Part shown: piece by piece, positions 17,678 through 25,800 of the stretch
How positions within the stretch are numbered: the first letter of the stretch is position 1
Layout: each line of letters begins with the position of its first letter
Source: Nitrospiraceae bacterium
Lineage (GTDB): Bacteria > Nitrospirota > Nitrospiria > Nitrospirales > Nitrospiraceae
Assembly (NCBI GenBank): GCA_037442105.1
Contig: JBBIQV010000025.1
Location: 1-45,516, forward strand
Direction: 5' to 3'
DNA: 45,516 nucleotides
The notes under the pieces: generated by a model
What the model was told of the DNA's origin: nothing
The model's database searches: none
What the model saw: the letters and a program-made list of their open reading frames with translations, nothing else
Made by a program: the position numbers and the translations under genes

Positions 17678-17725
17678 CGATTGCCTCCCTGTTCCTTTCC
17701 GCTCATCACCCGTCACTGATCACCG
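17578..17725. repeat. Heptamer inverted-repeat element enclosing gspG RBS/start
   Basis: Perfect (GTGATGG)x5 at 17578-17612 and complementary arm CTCATCA CCCGTCA CTGATCA CCG at 17702-17725. Confidence 0.9.
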
Positions 17726-17727
17726 TT

Positions 17728-18960
17728 CTATCCCACCATCTGGCCCATTTCAAAGATCGGCAAGAGAATCGCCACTACAATAAAGAAGACCACCACCCCC
17801 ATCACCAAGATCATGATCGGCTCAAGCAACGAAGTAAGGCGGCCGATCACCCGCTCCACTTCGCCGTCATATATTTGTGCGATCCGTTGCAGCATGTCTT
17901 CCATTTCACCGCTCCGCTCGCCCACGGCGATCATGTGGGTCACCAGCGAAGGGAATTCTCCGCTGCGCTTCAGAGGGTCGGCAATCGTTTCTCCTTCACG
18001 AATATTCTGCCGAGCTGCTTCCACGGCCTCTTCGAGTACTCGGTTATTCATCACGCGTTTGGCGACATCAAGTGCTTCCAGCAATTGGACTCCGCTCGCC
18101 AACATGGTGGAGAGCGTCCGCGAGAGCCGGGAGATCGCCACCATCCTGGCCGTTTCGCCGATCAACGGCAACTTAAGGATGAACCAATCCGCCAGCCTGC
18201 GACCAGCCGGTGTCTGAATAGTCCGGTGCAGAGCGATGATTCCGATCGCTGCTCCGCCGACTAAAATCCACCAGTAGCCGGCCAGAAAATGGCTGATGCT
18301 CATGAGCACGACCGTGGGCGTGGGAAGGGCGCGGTGGAGGTCCGTGAACACAGCCGTGATCTTGGGAACGACGAAGGTCAGGAGGAAGAACAGCACCGTC
18401 ACGGCCACAATCGACATAAGCGCCGGGTAGATCAGGGCATTCGTCACCCGCTGATTCAGCGCCACTTGCTTTTCGAGGAACTCCGCCAGCCGGAACAGGA
18501 TGTGGTCCAACGCTCCGCTCGCTTCTCCGGCCCGCACCATGTGGATGTAGAGCTGGCCGAAATCACGCGGGTACCCTTCCAGCGCAGCGCTCAAGCTTTT
18601 TCCGCTCCGCACCTGTTCGCGAATGTCTGCGAGGATGCCTTGCAAGGCCTTCTTGTCTGCCTGCTCGACGAGAATGCCCAACACTTCTACTAACGGCAGA
18701 CCGGCGACCAACAAGGTCGCCAGTTGCCTTGTCAGGAGGGCCAGTTCCTGCTTGGAGAGGACTCCGAACCGTCCGACCCGCGATGTGACCTGTCCTTCGG
18801 CACGAGGACGGTCGAACACGCCCTGTTGCTCGACCAGGGACGTCGGATAGACGCCTCCCTTCCGCAATTTCTGCCGAGCGACTTTCGGGCTCTCGGCATC
18901 GACGATGCCCGTCGCTGCAAGGCCGTCGCCGCGAATTCCTTTGTATTGATAGACGGGCAT
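17728..18960 (-). CDS. gspF: Type II secretion inner membrane protein GspF
   Basis: MPVYQYK start, AGEASGAL, ALIYP, GERSGE, LLEPIMI; duplicated T2SSF domains. Confidence 0.97.
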   Translation of the reverse strand: MPVYQYKGIRGDGLAATGIVDAESPKVARQKLRKGGVYPTSLVEQQGVFDRPRAEGQVTSRVGRFGVLSKQELALLTRQLATLLVAGLPLVEVLGILVEQADKKALQGILADIREQVRSGKSLSAALEGYPRDFGQLYIHMVRAGEASGALDHILFRLAEFLEKQVALNQRVTNALIYPALMSIVAVTVLFFLLTFVVPKITAVFTDLHRALPTPTVVLMSISHFLAGYWWILVGGAAIGIIALHRTIQTPAGRRLADWFILKLPLIGETARMVAISRLSRTLSTMLASGVQLLEALDVAKRVMNNRVLEEAVEAARQNIREGETIADPLKRSGEFPSLVTHMIAVGERSGEMEDMLQRIAQIYDGEVERVIGRLTSLLEPIMILVMGVVVFFIVVAILLPIFEMGQMVG

Positions 18961-18975
18961 AAAAACCATCCTCTC

Positions 18976-20715
18976 TCACACCTCGACATCCTGCTGCGTG
19001 AGCCGCATGACCTCTTCAGTCGTCGTCAACCCCCGGGCGACTCTGGCCGCTCCATCCAACTTCAACGGAACCATTCCCTTGGTCATGGCCGCCTGCTTGA
19101 TCGCCGCCGCGTCCGCCTTGGCGCCGACCAAACGGCGCAGTTCGTCATCCATTAACAAGATTTCGTAAATCCCGGTCCTGCCGCGATAGCCGGTGAGCGA
19201 GCAGGCCGGGCAGCCGGTACCCCGGTAGAACGTCGGTCGCGCGCCGGAACAGGGGAGCCCGAGGCGGATAAGTTCATCCTCCGTCGGTTCATAGGGCTGC
19301 CGGCAATCGGAACAGACTTTTCTGACCAGTCGTTGCGCCAGAATGGCCACCACCGAGGATGCCACGAGGAAGGGCTCGATACCCATATCGATCAGGCGCG
19401 TGGCGGCGCTCGCCGCATCGTTGGTATGGAGCGTTGAGAAGACCAGGTGCCCGGTCAACGAAGCATGGATGGCGATTTCGGCGGTTTCCCGATCCCGGAT
19501 TTCGCCGATCATGATCACATCCGGATCCTGTCGCAGAATGGAGCGCAGGCCGGCCGCGAAGGTCAGATTGATCTTGGGATTGACCTGCATCTGTCCGATG
19601 CCGAGCAACTGGTACTCCACCGGGTCCTCGACTGTGATGATGTTCTTATCGGGGGCGTTGATCTGACTCAGCGCCGCATAGAGCGTCGTGGTTTTGCCGC
19701 TGCCGGTCGGACCGGTGACGAGGATGATGCCGTGCGTTAAGTGGATGAGTTGTTCGACCACGGTCAATTGGTCTGGACTCAGCCCCATCTCGGAGAGGTT
19801 GAGCAACCGGTTTTCTTTCTCCAGTAACCGCAACACGACTCGTTCACCGTGGGCTGTCGGAAGCACGGAGACGCGAAGGTCGACATCTTTGCCCGCCGTG
19901 CGGATGGTGAAACGGCCGTCCTGGGGAAGGCGTTTCTCCGCGATATTCAGCCCGGCCATGATCTTCAGCCTGGCGATGAGGTTGGCCTGGAGCTGCTTGG
20001 GCGGCGTCAATACGGGGTAGAGGACACCATCGATGCGGTACCGGATGACCACGCCCCGCTCGAAGGATTCGACATGGATGTCGCTCGCGCGCTGCTTGAC
20101 CGCCTGGAACAGGATGGAATTCACGAGTCGAATGATCGGGGCTTCGTCCGTCGCATCGAGCAGATCTTGCGGCTCATCCAGTTCATGCGCGAGCTTGTCG
20201 AGATTCTCCGCTGAGGCGAGGTCCTCCAATACCTGATCCGCGCCGGCCGGACTGGCGGTCTGGTCATAGACTTGGTTCAGACAGGCGAGTAACGTCACGC
20301 TCGTCGTGAGAGCAGGCCGAACAGGAGCCCCCAGAAGGAGGCGCAGGTCGTCCAGCGCCGCGGTTTCCATCGGGTCGGTGGTGGCGACGACGGCGCCGCC
20401 ATTCTCCGTCCAGAGCGGGAGAATTCGATAGCGGCGCGCAAATGCGATGGGCACCTTTTTGATCAAAGTTTGGTCGATTCGAGTCAGCTCAACCTGCGGC
20501 ATCCACGGTAGATCGAGTTGATACGCGAGCGCTTGGAGCAGTTCTTCTTCCCGTACGGCCCGCAGGCGCAGCAGGACTTCGCCGAGACGCTCCCCCTTCT
20601 CCTTTTGCAACGCGAGCGCTTCGTCGAGTTTGGTCGCTGAGAGCGCGAACTTTTCCGTCAAAATGGTGCCGAGTAGCGGCCGTCCATGCCCCACAGGCTC
20701 AACGCTCCTCATCAC
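18976..20715 (-). CDS. gspE: Type II secretion ATPase GspE
   Basis: Walker A GPTGSGKTTT, EDPVE, LRQDPD, GEIRD, TGH..HT, CxxC...CxxC. Confidence 0.97.
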   Translation of the reverse strand: MMRSVEPVGHGRPLLGTILTEKFALSATKLDEALALQKEKGERLGEVLLRLRAVREEELLQALAYQLDLPWMPQVELTRIDQTLIKKVPIAFARRYRILPLWTENGGAVVATTDPMETAALDDLRLLLGAPVRPALTTSVTLLACLNQVYDQTASPAGADQVLEDLASAENLDKLAHELDEPQDLLDATDEAPIIRLVNSILFQAVKQRASDIHVESFERGVVIRYRIDGVLYPVLTPPKQLQANLIARLKIMAGLNIAEKRLPQDGRFTIRTAGKDVDLRVSVLPTAHGERVVLRLLEKENRLLNLSEMGLSPDQLTVVEQLIHLTHGIILVTGPTGSGKTTTLYAALSQINAPDKNIITVEDPVEYQLLGIGQMQVNPKINLTFAAGLRSILRQDPDVIMIGEIRDRETAEIAIHASLTGHLVFSTLHTNDAASAATRLIDMGIEPFLVASSVVAILAQRLVRKVCSDCRQPYEPTEDELIRLGLPCSGARPTFYRGTGCPACSLTGYRGRTGIYEILLMDDELRRLVGAKADAAAIKQAAMTKGMVPLKLDGAARVARGLTTTEEVMRLTQQDVEV

Positions 20716-20780
20716 ATGACACCGTCAATGGCGTGCTTGTACGGAGCCATAGGAAACCGTAAGCACATTTGACTCAACTC

Positions 20781-20809
20781 AAGATACTCTTCCCGCAATC
20801 CTCTGACAA
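20781..20809 (-). promoter_or_regulatory. Sigma70-like promoter upstream of gspE
   Basis: Minus strand TTGTCA-17 nt-TATCTT. Confidence 0.5.
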
Positions 20810-20920
20810 GACATGATGCGAAAGCAAAAGTAGGGGGCATGTGCCGCGCACATCTGTCCTCCCCCTGACGGGGAGGACAGGGAAGAGGCACTCAGCGACT
20901 TTGGGATATCAAGGTTGGGA

Positions 20921-20971
20921 CGCCGTTGGCCCGCCCACGTCGATGAGATCGACATGGGCGGGCCAACGGCG
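20921..20971 (-). terminator. Long GC-rich hairpin downstream of di-haem gene
   Basis: CGCCGTTGGCCCGCCCA(T)GTCGAT-ctc-ATCGAC(G)TGGGCGGGCCAACGGCG: 24-bp stem with one G-U on the minus strand; no U-tail. Confidence 0.5.
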
Positions 20972-21010
20972 GGGCTCGGTGGCCGGCTAGGCGTTATCAG
21001 CAGCGGAGGG

Positions 21011-23044
21011 CTACTGCAATCCTGCATGGAACGGTTGGAGACAGGCCAGTCCTTTGGCCTGAAGGCCGCCCGCGCCGACAGCCGGAATTTGCAGGAACTG
21101 GTCATCCGCCTTTCCGTCACCGTTCACGTCTTTCACCCAAATATGATTTCCGACGTGGCCGTTGAAGTTCTTCAAGGCCGGGTGATCGAAGGGCGCCTTC
21201 TCGCACCGGACACGGTCATCCGTCAACGATTTCAGGAACGCCACGATATCGGCTTGCTCCTGGTCCGTCAGCCCAAGCGGATCGATGTCCGGATCCAGGT
21301 TGCTGTTATTGAAATCCCAGCCGGTTGTGTCGTTGCTGTGTGGTCCCCGGCGGTCGCCGCCGCGGTTATAGAATTGGAGAACCTGCTCCAGCGTGGCCAT
21401 GCCCCCGTTGTGCATGTAGGGACCGGTCAGCTCGATATTACGCAGAGTCGGGGTCTTAAAGGCCCCGTCCACAGCGTCGCGATGCGGCGGCCAGTGAGGC
21501 ACCGGCTGGCAGGGACCGGACTCGAACGTGCAGGTATTGATTTGGAACGGATCGGGCACATTGTTCCCTTCGAGCGTTTTCTTATACTGCCGGGTAAAAG
21601 AGAGAGGGTTAAACCACGGATCAGTGGCGCCTACTCCGAGGTCGTCTCCGGTCGGTCTGGCGCCGATATTATAGAATCCGTTGTCATAAAGGGCCACGCC
21701 GTTGTCTCCCATAAACATCCGTTCGACGATACCCCCTTCTTGGAACTCCAAGTGCGAGCGAAAGCCGGCTCCGGTAAAGTCCGGGCCCTTATGGCAGTTG
21801 ACACATCGGCCTTTGCTGAGGAATAGGGCGAGCCCGTTCCGCTGTTGCGCAGTTAATGCCGTGAAGTCAGGCGGCGTCGTGGCGTTGCCCACATATCGAT
21901 CGAACGGAGCATCATCGGAGATCAAGGTTGATTCGTACAGCATAACGGCCAGGCCGAAGTACATGGAGAAGTTTTTCTCCATCATGGTGAATCCCTCGGC
22001 AGACCGGTAAGCGGGAGCATTCCAATACTTGTCGTGGAACGCGTCCTGGATCAGTTTTGTGTACCCGTAAAGGGGGTTGAGTCCATCAACAGGATCCGCA
22101 TAGGGTCCCAACACGCTGTCGGTGGGATCCACCTTTTGGCCATAGAGCGGCCGCGTCACGCGGAGCATCTTTCTTCCGATCATGGCAAAGGATCGGCCGG
22201 CGCAGGATACTTCATGGTCGTTCCCCGGAGGCCCGACTGCCTGGGACGCTAAGGCGGCGTTCTCCAGGTCCATCACGACCGGCATGACGTCGCCGTTCGA
22301 CATGACCTCCAGCACCCGCGCGTTGGTGTCCCTGCGTCCGAACGGACTGACACCGTTGAAGTGGTTGTTCGCGCGCCCATCCCAGAAGGTACGGTATTGG
22401 AAGATCGCATTGATCGTCGTCGGCGTATTGCGCGCCGGGAGTTTCCTGGTCAGTTTGAAACTGGGATCCACGCGGAAGAGCGGTTGGCTCTCTTTCTTGC
22501 AGGCGTCGTCCTTGCCGGGAACAAGGTCGATGAAGATCCCGCCGAAGGTGCCTTGAGAGGAGGCGACGTCATTCATATCGAACGTCACGGAGGAATCGCG
22601 ATCCAAAGGATCCGTGAGCGTGTGGAAAGGGAAATCGCCAGACCTGAAGGTGTAGTTCGGCCCCCAGCCGCCGGCCTTGGTCGTGTCGAAGTATTGATCG
22701 GGCGGCACGGCGTTTCGACCGGGATTGAGTTGGTTCTTGATTCGGCGGTCCGCGCCGGCGTGGAAGTGACAACTGGCGCAAGCCTGGCCGTCGCTCCCGA
22801 GCTGCTTGTCCCAAAACAGGGCTTTGCCGAGGACGATCGCCTTTGTGCGGTTCTTGACCACCGTATCGAGGGCGGCAGGCAAGGGCACGGGTACTCCCTT
22901 GAGCGAACCGATCGTGTCCAGTCGCTCTGGCACCAGCGGCTCCGGACAGGGCGCTTGGGCGCTGCCGCTTACAAACGAGGTCGCGATGCCCAGCACCGCT
23001 ACCACAATGCCGGTAAGTAGTTTGGCCGTCGATGTGTGTCTCAT
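21011..23044 (-). CDS. Di-haem cytochrome c peroxidase / MauG family protein
   Basis: Sec signal; LGKALFWD, CASCH, RNTPT, FWDGRA, CVNCH, FKTPTLRN, GPYMHNG...FY. Confidence 0.92.
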   Translation of the reverse strand: MRHTSTAKLLTGIVVAVLGIATSFVSGSAQAPCPEPLVPERLDTIGSLKGVPVPLPAALDTVVKNRTKAIVLGKALFWDKQLGSDGQACASCHFHAGADRRIKNQLNPGRNAVPPDQYFDTTKAGGWGPNYTFRSGDFPFHTLTDPLDRDSSVTFDMNDVASSQGTFGGIFIDLVPGKDDACKKESQPLFRVDPSFKLTRKLPARNTPTTINAIFQYRTFWDGRANNHFNGVSPFGRRDTNARVLEVMSNGDVMPVVMDLENAALASQAVGPPGNDHEVSCAGRSFAMIGRKMLRVTRPLYGQKVDPTDSVLGPYADPVDGLNPLYGYTKLIQDAFHDKYWNAPAYRSAEGFTMMEKNFSMYFGLAVMLYESTLISDDAPFDRYVGNATTPPDFTALTAQQRNGLALFLSKGRCVNCHKGPDFTGAGFRSHLEFQEGGIVERMFMGDNGVALYDNGFYNIGARPTGDDLGVGATDPWFNPLSFTRQYKKTLEGNNVPDPFQINTCTFESGPCQPVPHWPPHRDAVDGAFKTPTLRNIELTGPYMHNGGMATLEQVLQFYNRGGDRRGPHSNDTTGWDFNNSNLDPDIDPLGLTDQEQADIVAFLKSLTDDRVRCEKAPFDHPALKNFNGHVGNHIWVKDVNGDGKADDQFLQIPAVGAGGLQAKGLACLQPFHAGLQ

Positions 23045-23121
23045 GAGATCCCTCTCTGTTTCTGTGTCTTGCTCCGTTTTAAAAGAAGCTTATTTGTCCC
23101 TTCATAGGCGATCGAGTGATG

Positions 23122-23781
23122 TTAGGCCGGCAGCGCCGCCACTCCGCGCTCGATAGCGCCGATGGCTGAGGCCGGCTTGCTCTTGAGCTCTTCCATCCAC
23201 AGCACATATTCGGCAATGTCTCTTGCCCTGGAGAGCGCGGGGCAAGCAGCCCAGCGGTCCAGCCTGTCGTTGCCGTAGAGCACCACTCCGATGTGATTGC
23301 TCTTGTCCCGATCCACGATCGGATCGGAATCCACAAATCCGAGCTTGCGACGAAGCAATTCGGTGTCGTCCGGCCGGCCGGTCAGGAACAACCAGCCGGG
23401 ACCGACTCCGAATCGTTCGGCGTACCCCTTCAAGACCTCCGGCGTATCGTGAGTCGGATCGAGGGTGATCGAATACATGAAGATGTCCCGCCCGACACGC
23501 GGACCCAGCGCCTTCTGCACGAGCACAAGGTTGGCGGTCTGCAACGGACAGCTATCGGGACAACTGGCGTACATAAAATTGACCACGACGTGTTTCCCTT
23601 TCACGAGGTCGTCGTAGAAACGAACCGTCTTATTCTCTTGCGTGTGCAGCGTGACGTTGGGAAAGCCGTGCTTGCCAGGCCTGTAGGCCGGGGCCTGGTC
23701 GGCTCCCACCGCTTGCCGCACCTGGAGCACGGTCTGGGCGATGGCCATCGCGGATTGGGTCAAAAAGTTTCGTCGGTTCAT
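23122..23781 (-). CDS. SCO1/SenC family copper chaperone, Tat-exported
   Basis: RRNFL twin-arginine signal; CPDSCP (CxxxC), ITLDP..DTP and downstream His. Confidence 0.92.
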   Translation of the reverse strand: MNRRNFLTQSAMAIAQTVLQVRQAVGADQAPAYRPGKHGFPNVTLHTQENKTVRFYDDLVKGKHVVVNFMYASCPDSCPLQTANLVLVQKALGPRVGRDIFMYSITLDPTHDTPEVLKGYAERFGVGPGWLFLTGRPDDTELLRRKLGFVDSDPIVDRDKSNHIGVVLYGNDRLDRWAACPALSRARDIAEYVLWMEELKSKPASAIGAIERGVAALPA

Positions 23782-23803
23782 GGTTCGTTTACTCCTTCCT
23801 CTA

Positions 23804-25423
23804 TTATGGTCCCGGCGTGACGTCGAACCGTGTCATCATGGCATGGTCCTCATGCACGGTGTTGTGGCAGTGCATCACGTACCGGCCCACGAAATCCCGG
23901 AATTGAATATAGATCTGCACTTCGTCGTTCGGGTGGAGCTCGACGACGTCGTGCCTCCCTAATTCCTCAGGCGAGGGAGTTTGCCCGTTCCGAAGCAGGA
24001 GCTGGAACTCTTCGAAGTGAATGTGGACCGGGTGCGACCAGCCGCCTCCCCCGTTCTTAATGGTCCAGACCTCAGGCACACCGTGTTTCATGGTCGCCAT
24101 CGGCACATCGGGATTGTAGAACTGGCCGTTGATGGCCCAGGCGCCCTGCAGTCGCTCGAACACGAACGTCCGGCGAGGCGTGGACGCAGTGATATTCACC
24201 GGAGGGAGGGAGCGTAAGGAGAGGGGCAGCGGCGGAGAGTCCGGCGCATCGCGATCGACATCGAAACGCAACACTTGAGTCCCACGCGAGAGGATTCTAT
24301 CGGTCGGTCCTTTCCCATCGAGTTGCTCCAACCGATTTTCCAAAAACACCTGGGTCCCGATCGGATATTGAGAGAAGTCGATGATGATGTCCCTGCGATT
24401 CGCAACCCCCAGCCGAGCGAACTGAACCACGACCGGCGCCGGCAGGAGGTTGCCGTCCGTGGCGATCAACTCGAACGGCCTCCCGTCGCTCAGGTAAAAT
24501 TCATAGAAGCGCGACGGGCCTGCGTCGAGCAGCCGGAACCGGTACTTGCGCCGGGCGACTTTGAAGAACGGTTGAATCGCGCCGTTGACGGTAATCTTGT
24601 CTCCCAAAAAGCCGTCGAATTCGAAGGGGTCGAAAAAGAGCTGCCCATCCGCCGTAAACACCTTGTCTCCAAACACGATAGGGACGTCGTACTCGCCGCT
24701 GGGCAGCCTCAACGCCTGAGGATTCGGGTCCAGCTCATTGCCTGAATCTTTGTGGTCGAAGTACAAGAAGAATCCTGCCAGCCCCCGATACGCATTGGGC
24801 GCAGTGAAGTCTTTGCGGTGATCGTGGTACCAGAGGGTGCCCAGGGCCTCCCGTTCGTCGCCTCCGGCATAGTAGCTGGCATAGTGGTGATCCCTGAACG
24901 AACCGGGGTCCACGAAGCCGATGTTGGGGTTCCCATCGCTTTCCCATGCTGTGTGCGCGTTGTGCAGATGGGTGATGATCTGAGGTATCCCGAACCCTAC
25001 ATGGTTGGGCGGCAGATCGTTGTGGATGCGCACCAGTATCGGCTCCCCATACCTGCCCCTGATCGTCGGACCGGGAACGATGCCGTTGTACCCCCAAATT
25101 TTGGTCAGAGGCAGCTCCGGGTGAAAGCTATGCAACCTCTCCTGGACCCGGATCTCGTAATAACGCACAGGCGGGAACCTATCCCACTGCTGATGGTTGG
25201 ATGGGATCGGCGGAGGATTCAGTTGGCTCAGCGGAACCGGCTGCAGGTCCGGCACCATCGGCAGCGCATGGATGAACGGCGTCGTCGGAGGACTCTGCGC
25301 CGGCGGATCGGCAGGACAGACCTCACCGGTCTGAGAAGACGCCAGCCGGATGCCGTTCGCTCCGATCAGCGCCGCCCCCCCTGATACGAGCCCCCACTTG
25401 AGTAGATCGCGTTTAGTCAGCAT
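23804..25423 (-). CDS. Three-domain multicopper oxidase (bilirubin oxidase/CotA-like), probable Tat substrate
   Basis: TKRDLLK Tat-like signal; THLH, WYHDH, HPVHIH, HCHNTVHEDHAMM copper motifs. Confidence 0.95.
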   Translation of the reverse strand: MLTKRDLLKWGLVSGGAALIGANGIRLASSQTGEVCPADPPAQSPPTTPFIHALPMVPDLQPVPLSQLNPPPIPSNHQQWDRFPPVRYYEIRVQERLHSFHPELPLTKIWGYNGIVPGPTIRGRYGEPILVRIHNDLPPNHVGFGIPQIITHLHNAHTAWESDGNPNIGFVDPGSFRDHHYASYYAGGDEREALGTLWYHDHRKDFTAPNAYRGLAGFFLYFDHKDSGNELDPNPQALRLPSGEYDVPIVFGDKVFTADGQLFFDPFEFDGFLGDKITVNGAIQPFFKVARRKYRFRLLDAGPSRFYEFYLSDGRPFELIATDGNLLPAPVVVQFARLGVANRRDIIIDFSQYPIGTQVFLENRLEQLDGKGPTDRILSRGTQVLRFDVDRDAPDSPPLPLSLRSLPPVNITASTPRRTFVFERLQGAWAINGQFYNPDVPMATMKHGVPEVWTIKNGGGGWSHPVHIHFEEFQLLLRNGQTPSPEELGRHDVVELHPNDEVQIYIQFRDFVGRYVMHCHNTVHEDHAMMTRFDVTPGP

Positions 25424-25585
25424 GGCAGTGTCTCCCAGAAAGTTAGTTTAGAGCTCAGCCTGATCGCGGACCCCCCAATCACCGTCATGTAAGAAGAGCC
25501 GGAATTCGTAAAGACCGCACTGCTTAATACGTAGTTGCCGCAATCGGTATAGACAAAAGGGTTTCTATTGGACAATCCCTCTTAA

Positions 25586-25618
25586 GGGGGGGGGGGGGGG
25601 GGGAAAAANNNNNNNNNN
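25586..25618. other. Scaffold gap (N x10) preceded by G18/A5 run
   Basis: G run 25586-25603, A run 25604-25608, N 25609-25618. Confidence 0.95.
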
Positions 25619-25800
25619 CCCTCGATACATCGCGAGCGCCGCTCACCGAACGGTCATCGGCACGTGCTTGTGATGTAGCAGTGTGGATATATTAGCTAAG
25701 TGTTAATACTGGAGTACTAATATCCATTAGGCCGGCAGTGTCCCGGCTTGGCTGTTCGCCGCGACCGGGCCGCCGCTCAAGGCAATGGATGGTGTTGGGG

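Noticed and set aside
83..17725. Repeat arrays as CRISPR
   Set aside because: Units are 7 nt, tandem without unique spacers, and there are no cas genes.
25586..25618. G18 tract upstream of the MCO operon as a phase-variable promoter element
   Set aside because: It abuts an N gap. Poly-G at contig ends is a common sequencing/assembly artefact, so it cannot be trusted without reads.
25692..25720. CIRCE-like inverted repeat (TTAGCTAAG...GAGTACTAA)
   Set aside because: Left arm and spacing do not match TTAGCACTC-N9-GAGTGCTAA, and no chaperone gene is adjacent.
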